Source: Parcubacteria group bacterium | GTDB taxonomy: Bacteria; Patescibacteriota; Minisyncoccia; Phycocordibacterales; Zambryskibacteraceae | Direction: 5' to 3' | NCBI GenBank assembly: GCA_028286565.1 | Contig: JAQBRH010000002.1 | Coordinates: forward strand, 17,876 to 81,875 | Length of the DNA stretch: 64,000 bases | Shown here: positions 9,407-17,192 of the stretch, piece by piece | Numbering within the stretch: position 1 is the stretch's first letter | Layout of the letters: each line of letters begins with the position of its first letter | Made by a program: the position numbers and the translations under genes | The notes under the pieces: generated by a model | Told to the model about the DNA's origin: nothing | What the model saw: only the letters and a program-made list of their open reading frames with translations | The model's database searches: none

Positions 9407-9961
9407 TTAATTATGTGCTTTCTTTTTCTTAAACATCTTCTTATACTCGCTTCGGCTCATCAGACTTTTGGTATCAGTGAGTCTGTCTAAGAATACCTTG
9501 CCGTCAATATGGTCGAGCTCGTGGAGGATCACTTTGGCAAGCAAACCTTTAGCTTCCATAGTGAACCATTCTCCATTTTTGTCTCGCGCTTTAATGACAA
9601 GTGAAGTAGGTCTCGACACTTTGCCAAAGAGATTTGCATGGGCTACGCTGCCGCATCCTTCGTATTCTGAGAAGGTTTTCTTAGAGACTGAGAGTACCTG
9701 AGGATTTATGAATACACGCAGATCATCTGCCTCTTTATCTTTGTCGATTGTTCTCAGGGAAGTCATCCTTATTTCTGTAAGAAAAATCCTTTGGTTAATA
9801 CCAATTTGAGGAGCTGCGATCCCTACCAAATTTCCATGTCTCATTGAATCAACCAGATCTTTAATGGTCTTTTTAATTTTCTTTGATTTAAAATCCTTCA
9901 CCACAGAAGACTTCCTACGGATGATCGGATTGCCTACTTGGGTTAATTCTTTGATTATCAT
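9407..9961 (-). CDS. def: Peptide deformylase
   Basis: Motifs GIAAPQIGINQRIF, EGCGS, HELDHIDG (HExxH) diagnostic of PDF. Confidence 0.9.
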   Translation of the reverse strand: MIIKELTQVGNPIIRRKSSVVKDFKSKKIKKTIKDLVDSMRHGNLVGIAAPQIGINQRIFLTEIRMTSLRTIDKDKEADDLRVFINPQVLSVSKKTFSEYEGCGSVAHANLFGKVSRPTSLVIKARDKNGEWFTMEAKGLLAKVILHELDHIDGKVFLDRLTDTKSLMSRSEYKKMFKKKKAHN

Positions 9962-9969
9962 TTATTGTT

Positions 9970-10404
9970 TTAAATAAGATGTCTATCTGACTTCCAGACT
10001 ACACCTGAGCCAAAATCTGGAGCTCGAAATAAAGCCTTCTGATCATCCTCACTCATTTTCTGTGCGTACCCGCGTACAAGCTCTAGCTCCTTTGGGTCAG
10101 TAACCTTCCTGAAGCCCGGAGAATCATAGCCAGATCCCGGATCAGATTCCCATTTCAACAATCCCTCACTGTCGTTACCAAAGAGTCTTCCGGACTGTTC
10201 TCTAGACATCCACAGATACGTCTCATACCACCCGTCTATGATAGGTCCCTGAATTAATCTGACACTTTCTTTGTCTAGCCCTGTTTTATAATCTGCTACA
10301 CTCCAAGACCATCCTATTTGTGCTTGAATATCAAATTTAGCAAGGAAAAGTACTACTAAAGCTAATGCAAGCAGGAGCAAATAAAGTGAGTGAGTCTTTT
10401 TCAT
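9970..10404 (-). CDS. Hypothetical secreted protein (signal peptide), 144 aa
   Basis: N-terminal MKKTHSLYLLLLALALVVLFLA signal; AT-rich. Confidence 0.5.
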   Translation of the reverse strand: MKKTHSLYLLLLALALVVLFLAKFDIQAQIGWSWSVADYKTGLDKESVRLIQGPIIDGWYETYLWMSREQSGRLFGNDSEGLLKWESDPGSGYDSPGFRKVTDPKELELVRGYAQKMSEDDQKALFRAPDFGSGVVWKSDRHLI

Positions 10405-11060
10405 TTCTTTAAATATTCAAACATCTTCTCTAAAGCAATCTTTCTCATAGAAGTATTGTGTTTTTCATCATCATTCATCTCTGCCCAGGTCTTTTCATGT
10501 CCCTTGGGAATGAAAATGGGATCCCAGCCGAAACCCATTTCTCCTTTTGGAGCATTGGCAATTATTCCCTCCATAGATCCACTAAAGATGCGTACTCCCG
10601 ATTCATCACAAATAGCGAATTGAACTTCAGCTAAAGCGTCTCTGGTATCTAAACCGTCCACCAATCTACAGAGTCCCTCGTTATCAAGTGTTTCCAAAAA
10701 CCATTTAATAAGAGGACCAGGAAGAGATTTCATTCCCTTAAAAACAAGCGATACATCTTCTACTAATACTGGAGACTTTACGATTTCATATGCTCTTTTA
10801 GCCTTATCTTTAACAACTTCTTCCAAGTCTAAAGACTGGATTTCCTTAAGATCTAGTTTGGTGTGAGCAACAGGTAGATGAAAATAGTCTCCAAGATATT
10901 TGGCTTTTCCTTCATTACCCGTGATGAAAGTAAGATTACTCATAGCCTTCATCTTATCCTGATAGTCGTACTTAGCAAGCAGGTCAAATATCACTGCCAA
11001 TTCAGCAATAAACTCTTCGTGTGACTGCTCTAGGTCTTGATCTGTCACTGCTTTACTCAC
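10401..11060 (-). CDS. rdgB: Non-canonical purine NTP pyrophosphatase (Ham1/RdgB family) with N-terminal extension
   Basis: FITGNEGKAKYL N-terminal motif and C-terminal EMGFGWDPIFIPKGHEKTWAEM...HNTSMRKIA match ITPase family signatures. Confidence 0.7.
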   Translation of the reverse strand: MSKAVTDQDLEQSHEEFIAELAVIFDLLAKYDYQDKMKAMSNLTFITGNEGKAKYLGDYFHLPVAHTKLDLKEIQSLDLEEVVKDKAKRAYEIVKSPVLVEDVSLVFKGMKSLPGPLIKWFLETLDNEGLCRLVDGLDTRDALAEVQFAICDESGVRIFSGSMEGIIANAPKGEMGFGWDPIFIPKGHEKTWAEMNDDEKHNTSMRKIALEKMFEYLKK

Positions 11061-11104
11061 TTAGAAAAGTATTACATTGACGCGTCTTGAGCGTAGCACT
11101 TGTT

Positions 11105-11123
11105 TGCTGGGGAGCAGGGAATC
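11105..11123. repeat. 19-bp exact direct repeat of the 3' end of tRNA-Gln (tgctggggagcagggaatc); putative att scar
   Basis: Identical to 13576-13594 (tRNA-Gln T-stem 3' half plus acceptor 3' strand). Confidence 0.85.
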
Positions 11124-11860
11124 TCGACTACCGTCGCGAGTGGTTTTCGATCTCGACATACTCGATAACGAAAACCCTTTCGATTCCCTGACGCAAGCAA
11201 AGCAGTTTGCTTACTCTCTCCCAGCAGTAAAGCAAAACGAGCAGCCCGTGCCGCTCGTTTGTGCTAATAACTGCTGGGATTCGTGCGGGATGTTCGAACC
11301 CTTGTGGCTTCTTGTGATGAGGATTTCGAGAAACGACTCGAGAATATCAGGCGGATCAATGAGGCGACGACGGGAAGGGCTTTGGCTGCCTAGAACGTCT
11401 CGAACGTCCTAACGTCCGGAAATGCAAGGTTCACTGTGCTATTCCTCGAGCTCTACTGCCTCACATTCGGTTTAAACGTTGCGCTACTTCCAGGCATTAC
11501 TATCGACCTACTAGCGGTTACTGGTAGAGGGGTCTGGGGAAGCGCATCTGCTGGTGGAACCAGTGAAGCTGATCTTGTTTGGGTGGAAAGGGATATAGGA
11601 GGAGTGTCTTCACCCTCAGCCGTAAAACGTCGTCGATGTCGTGAAGTCCTATGCGCTGAAATGACCGGACGACCAGAAGTATGGTCGCTGTAGGTAGCCT
11701 CTATTAATATGGTAGCCCCACCAAAGGCTGAGCTCGTTCGCTCGTTGCTTAGAAACACGAGCGCGGCATGCTTTTGGCAAGGGTACGCTAGTGGCTAGTA
11801 CCTGGGTAGCCAAGGAGCTCCCCTGAGGAGCGAGATGCTTGCGCATAGCGCAAGGAGGAA
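11124..11860 (+). other. 0.74-kb segment without any credible ORF, rich in hairpins; candidate structured ncRNA, long leader, or decayed gene inside the putative integrated element
   Basis: All six frames fragmented by stops; hairpins CGCTCG-N13-CGAGCG (11737-11761), TTGCGC-ATA-GCGCAA (11836-11850); ends in AAGGAGG RBS of the next small gene. Confidence 0.35.
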
Positions 11861-11863
11861 TGT

Positions 11864-12037
11864 ATGGGCAAGAAGGACAAGTTCGAGGGACACAAGGACG
11901 AGAGCTTCAACCGTGCGCATGGCCGCCGGGACAACGAGCCGTCCAAGACAAAGCAGGACGACACCAAGCGCGAACGGAATGTCGCCGCAAAGGGTAGTGA
12001 AGAGCACAGCCGCGTAGCCAAAGGCAAGCGCGGTTAG
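11864..12037 (+). CDS. Small highly charged/basic protein (57 aa), below ORF-track cutoff
   Basis: Perfect SD AAGGAGG 5 nt upstream of ATG; followed by hairpin plus TTTTTCTTT terminator at 12063-12098. Confidence 0.6.
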   Translation: MGKKDKFEGHKDESFNRAHGRRDNEPSKTKQDDTKRERNVAAKGSEEHSRVAKGKRG

Positions 12038-12062
12038 TAAGCTCCTCTGAGCTCAGTTCGTT

Positions 12063-12098
12063 GACGGCCGGCGTGATTTCGCTGGCCGTTTTTCTTTA
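12063..12098 (+). terminator. Rho-independent terminator after small basic protein gene
   Basis: GGCCGGCG-tgatttc-GCTGGCCG imperfect stem followed by TTTTTCTTT. Confidence 0.55.
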
Positions 12099-12119
12099 TG
12101 ATGATGATACAATTTTATC

Positions 12120-12716
12120 ATGTCACACGAGGCGAACATCGCACGACGCGCATCCTGGCTCGGTAAGCACGGCACGGTCACCCTGATCGAAGATGAGACC
12201 ATTCAGGGGTACCAACATGCCCTTTCGCTCGAAGATGTCGCGGCAAGCTTGAAGCTCCTTCCGGAAGACGATCTAAGAGGCCTCGCCGCTGTCATCCTCC
12301 ACCAGCCTTCGCGAAAGGAAGACGCCGCCCACCCCCGCTGGGCGGCATATTTCTCCGACTATAGTCGGAATGATATCGTCGGTCCAACAATCCTGCTCGA
12401 GGCAGTTCGGCCGGAAGTTCCGAATCGTTGGCCGGTATCTCTTGGGCCCGAAGATGTCCGGGAGCTGAAACTACTTGTAGACGAAGGGCATGTCATCGAT
12501 CGGCAAGAACGGGTTGTCCTGATTTCGAATGACATTCACGCAGTGCGGAATACGCAGCTTCGTTCCTTGGTTCACGAGCTGGGGCATCATGTCGACTATA
12601 TGAGCAACCCAGCTTCGTACGCCTCGAAGGGAAAGAATCACAAAGAGTCTTTCGCGATTCGCTACGCGCGTCACCACGCTGACGTGCTCGACGGGCTGCG
12701 CTTCGCAAGGTCCTAA
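12120..12716 (+). CDS. Hypothetical protein with HExxH zinc-metallopeptidase-like motif (LVHELGHHVDY), SprT/ImmA-like possibility
   Basis: HELGH motif plus downstream His residues; no further family assignment possible. Confidence 0.45.
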   Translation: MSHEANIARRASWLGKHGTVTLIEDETIQGYQHALSLEDVAASLKLLPEDDLRGLAAVILHQPSRKEDAAHPRWAAYFSDYSRNDIVGPTILLEAVRPEVPNRWPVSLGPEDVRELKLLVDEGHVIDRQERVVLISNDIHAVRNTQLRSLVHELGHHVDYMSNPASYASKGKNHKESFAIRYARHHADVLDGLRFARS

Positions 12717-13095
12717 CATCCGCAGAGTAGGAGAAGGATTCGACTCTCTTCCGATGCCACGCGACCGTGCTGCGTACCGGCGAGCAATTCGCTCTGCAAG
12801 ACGTCGTGCTCGGTGACGCAATATCGCTCGAGCGGTTGACTCCCCGATGGCGGCACGAGCAAGATCCAGTTCATTCCTACCTGGATCTTCGAAAGGAGGT
12901 ATACCACTTCAGACGAGGATGAGCACTGAGTCTTTCCACTTTCAAAAAGCTGTGGATATCTGGTGAGCAAGAACACGTACAATAGAGATGTGGATCAATA
13001 ACTCTCATGTTGGAGGGTGTCGCTATTGTATTTGCCAAAGTTGTAAATATGTGTCCTAATGTGGCTGGCCCTATGGGACTATGTTGGAACTTTTG

Positions 13096-13527
13096 TTAAT
13101 CAAGAGGGTACAAAACATACCAAGGGTTCCCCGGTAGCCTTTTCCTAATACCAGCCTCAATGTTTCTGTCCGGCAAGTTGTGCCAAGGATCCACCCATCC
13201 ATCTTTTACTCTTAATAAATAGTGGCCGACGGGATACTTTTCGTTTTTAGCTATCAGAGTTATAGAACCTATAATTTTAGAATATTTACCTCCTTCCTTT
13301 TTATTAAACTCATATTTTTTATTTTGGTTAAAAAACTTACTTTTATAATTTATGTTTTTAGTTTTTAGATAATTTACAATATCAAATATTTTTACACCTC
13401 TTTCAATTGTATAAAACTTACTTTCAAAATCTTTCTTTACAGTGTCGTATGGTTTATCTAGAAAATTTGCGAGACAAGCAATTCCGCAACCGTTGAGATC
13501 TTTTTGATGTTGCCATTTTTTAGTCAT
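13096..13527 (-). CDS. Peptidase C39-like (papain-fold cysteine peptidase, C39_2-type) standalone domain; 30% GC, abuts tRNA-Gln
   Basis: Q-x5-NGCGIACLANFL catalytic Cys motif and C-terminal VGHYLL...DPWHN His region resemble C39 bacteriocin-processing peptidase domain. Confidence 0.5.
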   Translation of the reverse strand: MTKKWQHQKDLNGCGIACLANFLDKPYDTVKKDFESKFYTIERGVKIFDIVNYLKTKNINYKSKFFNQNKKYEFNKKEGGKYSKIIGSITLIAKNEKYPVGHYLLRVKDGWVDPWHNLPDRNIEAGIRKRLPGNPWYVLYPLD

Positions 13528-13575
13528 ACACCGATCCTACATTTTAATAATATATATGCAAGAGACTACCTTACG

Positions 13576-13648
13576 TGCTGGGGAGCAGGGAATCGAACCC
13601 CAATTAAAGGCTTCAAAGGCCTCTGTCCTACCGTTAGACGACTCCCCA
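13576..13648 (-). tRNA. tRNA-Gln (anticodon UUG)
   Basis: Minus-strand sequence TGGGGAG-TC-GTCT-AACGGTA-GGAC-A-GAGGC-CTTTGAA-GCCTT-TAAT-TGGGG-TTCGATT-CCCTG-CTCCCCA-G folds as cloverleaf with TTCGATT T-loop; acceptor UGGGG.../...CCCCA-G matches canonical bacterial tRNA-Gln. Confidence 0.85.
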
Positions 13649-13750
13649 ATAGGCTTAAGGTATCAAAAAATCGGAGAAATCGCTATCAGTGGTACCCTCG
13701 AATCACCTGTGCTAGGCTACATCTAGAAACCTTCCACCCGGAGCACGAAA

Positions 13751-13996
13751 ATGTCGACAGATAGCCGAGACCAGGTCTTTACTACCATGTGGATTGCGAT
13801 CATCCTCGGGTCCGGGACCGTAGCCGCGGGAATCGTCCTGAGCAATTCCCTGGTGCTTGTGACGGCGGGGATGGTCATTCTTCTTACTCTCATCTTCGGC
13901 TCTATGCAGTACGGACGGTCGCCACTCCCCTCCACCTACTCTCGATGGTGGATCGGGGTATCGTTGGGAACTATTGCTCTGGCGTTCCTCATGTAG
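13751..13996 (+). CDS. Small membrane protein (81 aa, 2-3 TM), hypothetical
   Basis: GGAG 7 nt upstream; hydrophobic segments; competing minus-strand ORF is Arg/Pro-rich and implausible. Confidence 0.45.
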   Translation: MSTDSRDQVFTTMWIAIILGSGTVAAGIVLSNSLVLVTAGMVILLTLIFGSMQYGRSPLPSTYSRWWIGVSLGTIALAFLM

Positions 13997-14070
13997 CAGG
14001 CCGAAGGCCCCAGTGACCGGCTTGATCAAAACTTTTCAAAGCTCCCAGCCTGGGTGCTTTTTCTTTACCT

Positions 14071-14120
14071 AAATAGGTTCCAACTTCGTAATAATAGGTT
14101 AGCAGACAAATTTGATAATG
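14071..14120 (+). repeat. Copy 2 of conserved intergenic motif (ATAGGTTCCAACTTCGTA...), immediately after hairpin plus T-run
   Basis: 15-nt core identical to the other copies; 3' half diverged. Confidence 0.8.
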
Positions 14121-14220
14121 CATTTAACTGAAGGGTGTGTTAATGTCACAACGATTCAGGAGGGTCCTGGACACTGTTCTTTATCGGTGAGCGCGATAAC
14201 CGTTCACAGGAGAGTGGGAT

Positions 14221-14634
14221 ATGTTTGCGAAAACCAAACGTAACGATTGGATCACACGCCTTACACTTCTCTTTTCTTCAGCCGTTGCCCTTGTGCATGA
14301 GAGCAAGCGCTCTCCTAGCCAGACTGAGAAACTTCTGCTGTGCTTACAGGAATTCAAGGATACCCCCGATGAATCAACTGTAATGACTCAGGATGATTAT
14401 GCGGTGCTACGAGTGACTCGCACACACGGGGGAGAGTGGGCCAACTTCATTATGGTGGTAAGGATCGGAGACATTTTTCCATCTCCGTTAGGAAATGAAC
14501 GCCACGAGTTCGTTCACTTCCCGGCTCCCACCACGGGTTTGGGTGGGGTAGGTGGGCGAGTCTTGTTCCTTTTAAAGAAGGAGCAGTCTGCCGTAGTCCG
14601 TGCCCATCTTAGCGAAGTTCCAAAAGAAGACTAG
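14221..14634 (+). CDS. Hypothetical protein (137 aa) flanked on both sides by copies of the intergenic motif
   Basis: GGAG RBS; strong terminator at 14641-14671. Confidence 0.55.
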   Translation: MFAKTKRNDWITRLTLLFSSAVALVHESKRSPSQTEKLLLCLQEFKDTPDESTVMTQDDYAVLRVTRTHGGEWANFIMVVRIGDIFPSPLGNERHEFVHFPAPTTGLGGVGGRVLFLLKKEQSAVVRAHLSEVPKED

Positions 14635-14640
14635 ATCTAT

Positions 14641-14671
14641 AGCGACACCGGATGTGAGGTGTCGCTTTTTA
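14641..14671 (+). terminator. Rho-independent terminator AGCGACACC-GGATGTGA-GGTGTCGCT-TTTTT
   Basis: Perfect 9-bp stem plus T-run immediately after stop. Confidence 0.85.
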
Positions 14672-14720
14672 ATAGGGTTCCAACTTCGTACCACAGGGCC
14701 AGCTAGCGAATTTTGAAAAG
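14672..14720 (+). repeat. Copy 3 of conserved intergenic motif (ATAGGGTTCCAACTTCGTACCACAGGGCCAGCTAGCGAATTTTG)
   Basis: Core plus extended ACCAC.GGGCCAGC match to copies 1 and 4. Confidence 0.8.
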
Positions 14721-14758
14721 AAAAACTCCTCAACAAATTAATGTTGAGGAGATGTGAC

Positions 14759-16000
14759 TTAGATGAATTCTGCGAGCCACCGACCTTCATTCATGAGTTG
14801 AGCGACTTTATTGCCGCTTGCATCATACGCAAAGATGGAGGTGGTTTCGTCTGAGATCATCAGGTCATGGTGCACACCCGACTCGTTGCACCCGATCTCA
14901 GCGAGGTCCTCTTGCGACATGGCTGGTCCACCCTTGAGTGCAGATGCGTATGCTTCACCGAGCGCGATATGGCATCGTTTGTTCTCGTCAAGCAGTGTAC
15001 AGAAGTGAGGTTCAGTGTATTGCGAGAGAGCTGATTCGAGTCCGACGCAGGCGACCTCTCCGAGCTGAGCAGCTCCGTCGTCACGAGAGATCAGCGATCC
15101 AAAAGCTTCTGAGCCTGTCTGTGCGGTGAACTTGCTGACTCGACCCTCAGAGAACCAGATCCGAAGACCTTCAACAATCGGTCCATCGAGCACTGAAGGC
15201 ATCGTTACTCTGACAACACCTTCGGTCTTCCTCCAATCCGGAGTCGTGAAGACCTCAAAGGTTGGCCAGTTCGGCTCAAACCACGTCCCATCTTCAGATT
15301 CCTTGCGTCCACCGAGCCATCTGGCCCGTGAAGACAGTCCAACTTTGAGGTCGGTGCCTTCACCTACAAAATGGAGAGTGGTGATGCCAAGAGTATTGAG
15401 CAAATCACATCGGCGACTCAGGCTGCTATTGAAAACAGTCGCCTGGGCAAGGCTATCATCGCGGTCTGCGCCTGTGATGGTAAACAGAAATTCCCACAAG
15501 TCTTCGATCGAAGTTCCGAGTTTCTTGGCCCAAGCGATCGTAGGCACATCGACAAGGGTCCATGGCTGGAGCATTTTCATGCGCCGAGAAGTGTAGGGTT
15601 CGTTAGCCTTCATGTAGGCTGATTTGAACCCAGATGGATATTTAGGATCTACATCATCCATTACTCCCAGGTCACCATTGCCTTTAAGGGCGATGCGAGC
15701 TCCGTCGTGGTCCACGATCTCTTGTGCTCGAACGCTTACCCATTTAGGCTCGTACAGCTTGTGTGTCTCCGGTGCTCCGAGGAACATGGCGCGCTCGAGC
15801 TCAGGGTTGCGATAGCGTACATCGACCGTTTCAACTCCGAGAGCATAGGCCTCTTTTGCTAAGACGGCGATCAGATGGCCGTGGTCCTCGATCTGATAGC
15901 TGTCGATATAGAGGGGCCGGGGCCTCTGGTCAAAACCAAGTCCGTGTATCAATCCCAATCTTGCATAATTACGCAGTTTTTCTTCAAAGGACAAACTCAT
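14759..16000 (-). CDS. Aminopeptidase, M29 (AmpS/PepS/aminopeptidase T) family; true start at internal Met (MSLSFEEKLRNYA), not ORF-track start 16114
   Basis: DENKRCHIALG and HHDLMISD metal-binding motifs; SD GGAGAG 7 nt upstream of ATG at 16000; ORF-track N-terminal extension overlaps motif copy 4. Confidence 0.8.
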   Translation of the reverse strand: MSLSFEEKLRNYARLGLIHGLGFDQRPRPLYIDSYQIEDHGHLIAVLAKEAYALGVETVDVRYRNPELERAMFLGAPETHKLYEPKWVSVRAQEIVDHDGARIALKGNGDLGVMDDVDPKYPSGFKSAYMKANEPYTSRRMKMLQPWTLVDVPTIAWAKKLGTSIEDLWEFLFTITGADRDDSLAQATVFNSSLSRRCDLLNTLGITTLHFVGEGTDLKVGLSSRARWLGGRKESEDGTWFEPNWPTFEVFTTPDWRKTEGVVRVTMPSVLDGPIVEGLRIWFSEGRVSKFTAQTGSEAFGSLISRDDGAAQLGEVACVGLESALSQYTEPHFCTLLDENKRCHIALGEAYASALKGGPAMSQEDLAEIGCNESGVHHDLMISDETTSIFAYDASGNKVAQLMNEGRWLAEFI

Positions 16001-16074
16001 TGGATCTCTCCGGGTGAGGGGTGACTGGCTAGGTAATACCACAAAAATGATAGAAGAGCTAGAAGCAGAAGGTT

Positions 16075-16118
16075 CCAACTTCGTCTCACGGGGCCAGTAA
16101 AATTTTGTGCTCATAATT
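16075..16118 (+). repeat. Copy 4 of conserved intergenic motif (AGGTTCCAACTTCGTCTCACGGGGCCAGTAAAATTTTG)
   Basis: 15-nt core identical; lies between divergent aminopeptidase and VOC genes. Confidence 0.8.
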
Positions 16119-16171
16119 TAGTTCTTAATACGTCTGCTATACTTGAACATAATTATTAATTAGCTATCACC

Positions 16172-16564
16172 ATGAACAGACCAGTACACTTTGAGATCCA
16201 GGCAGACAACATCGAGCGGGCAAAAACATTCTATGAGAAGGTCCTCGGCTGGAAGATCGAACAGATGATGAAGAAAGAAGAGGGAGGAATGGATTATTGG
16301 GGACTCGACACTGGGGACAGCACTCCGGGCATCAACGGAGGCCTCTATGCTCGAGCAGAAGGGACAGACAAGCTCTACACGTACGACTGCACCATCGCTG
16401 TTGAAGACGTGGACAAGGCCGTTGAGGCCGTAAAGGCGAACGGCGGCACCGTCCTCCGCGAGAAGTCCGAGATCCCGGGCGTCGGCTTTTTTGCGCGCTG
16501 CAAGGATACTGAAGGCAACCTGTTCGGATTGATGCAGCCGACGGGCTGGGATGGGAGCAAATAA
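16172..16564 (+). CDS. Glyoxalase/bleomycin-resistance (VOC) family protein
   Basis: VHFEIQADNIERAKTFYEKVLGW N-terminal and GNLFGLMQ C-terminal typical of VOC fold; terminator TGCACC-AAAGG-GGTGCA-TTTTTT at 16587-16612. Confidence 0.7.
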   Translation: MNRPVHFEIQADNIERAKTFYEKVLGWKIEQMMKKEEGGMDYWGLDTGDSTPGINGGLYARAEGTDKLYTYDCTIAVEDVDKAVEAVKANGGTVLREKSEIPGVGFFARCKDTEGNLFGLMQPTGWDGSK

Positions 16565-16761
16565 CAGAACAGGAAGAAGAAAATCAAATGCACCAAAGGG
16601 TGCATTTTTTCGTATATAGCTGAGTTAAGAATTAAAAATAAATGAAAAAATAAGGCTGTAATGAATTTTCATATAGGTCGTCAGTAGATGTAGGTCGAGA
16701 TTATAAACCAATCTGAGCAGCAGAATGTCTGCTCATCATTAGAAGAATTAATTTCACTACA

Positions 16762-17061
16762 ATGGCTAACAACGATAGAAACAGCGGTGGAGGCAGCGGA
16801 GGTAACAGCGGGGGAAACAATGGAGGAAATAACGGAGGGAACAGCGGCGGAAGCAACCGCGGATTCGCGGGCATGGATCGCGACAAACAGCGAGAAATAG
16901 CTTCTGAAGGAGGCCGAGTCGCTCATGAACGAGGAAACGCTCATGAGTGGGATTCGGAATCCGCTCGAGAGGCCGGCCGCAAGGGTGGCCAGAGCCGCAG
17001 CCAAAACAGCTCCGGTTCAGGCAATAGAGATTCCCTCGGCGAGGACAATCGCGGAATGTAG
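16762..17061 (+). CDS. KGG-repeat general stress protein (YciG-like) with N-terminal Gly/Asn/Ser-rich low-complexity region
   Basis: REIASEGGRVAHERG and ESAREAGRKGGQSRSQ match the KGG stress motif; terminator AAGACCCCG-AGCAATG-CGGGGTCTTT at 17087-17118. Confidence 0.6.
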   Translation: MANNDRNSGGGSGGNSGGNNGGNNGGNSGGSNRGFAGMDRDKQREIASEGGRVAHERGNAHEWDSESAREAGRKGGQSRSQNSSGSGNRDSLGEDNRGM

Positions 17062-17192
17062 ACTATATAGAAGAGTGAAAAAGGAGAGACAAAGACCCCG
17101 AGCAATGCGGGGTCTTTCGTCGCTTTACTGATGAGCTTGCATGTGGTGTGGTTATTTTCTATAATTCGAGTTGATTAAAACTAACATCATCT

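Noticed and set aside
11077-11846. Several 60-110 aa ORFs on both strands within the 0.74-kb segment
   Set aside because: They are mutually overlapping, Arg/Ser-rich, and without start signals. The region is treated as non-coding or decayed.
16681-17004. Minus-strand ORFs with poly-(LFPP) and Ala/Ser-rich products opposite the KGG gene
   Set aside because: Artefacts of the GGN-encoding tandem repeat. The plus frame carries KGG motifs and a terminator.
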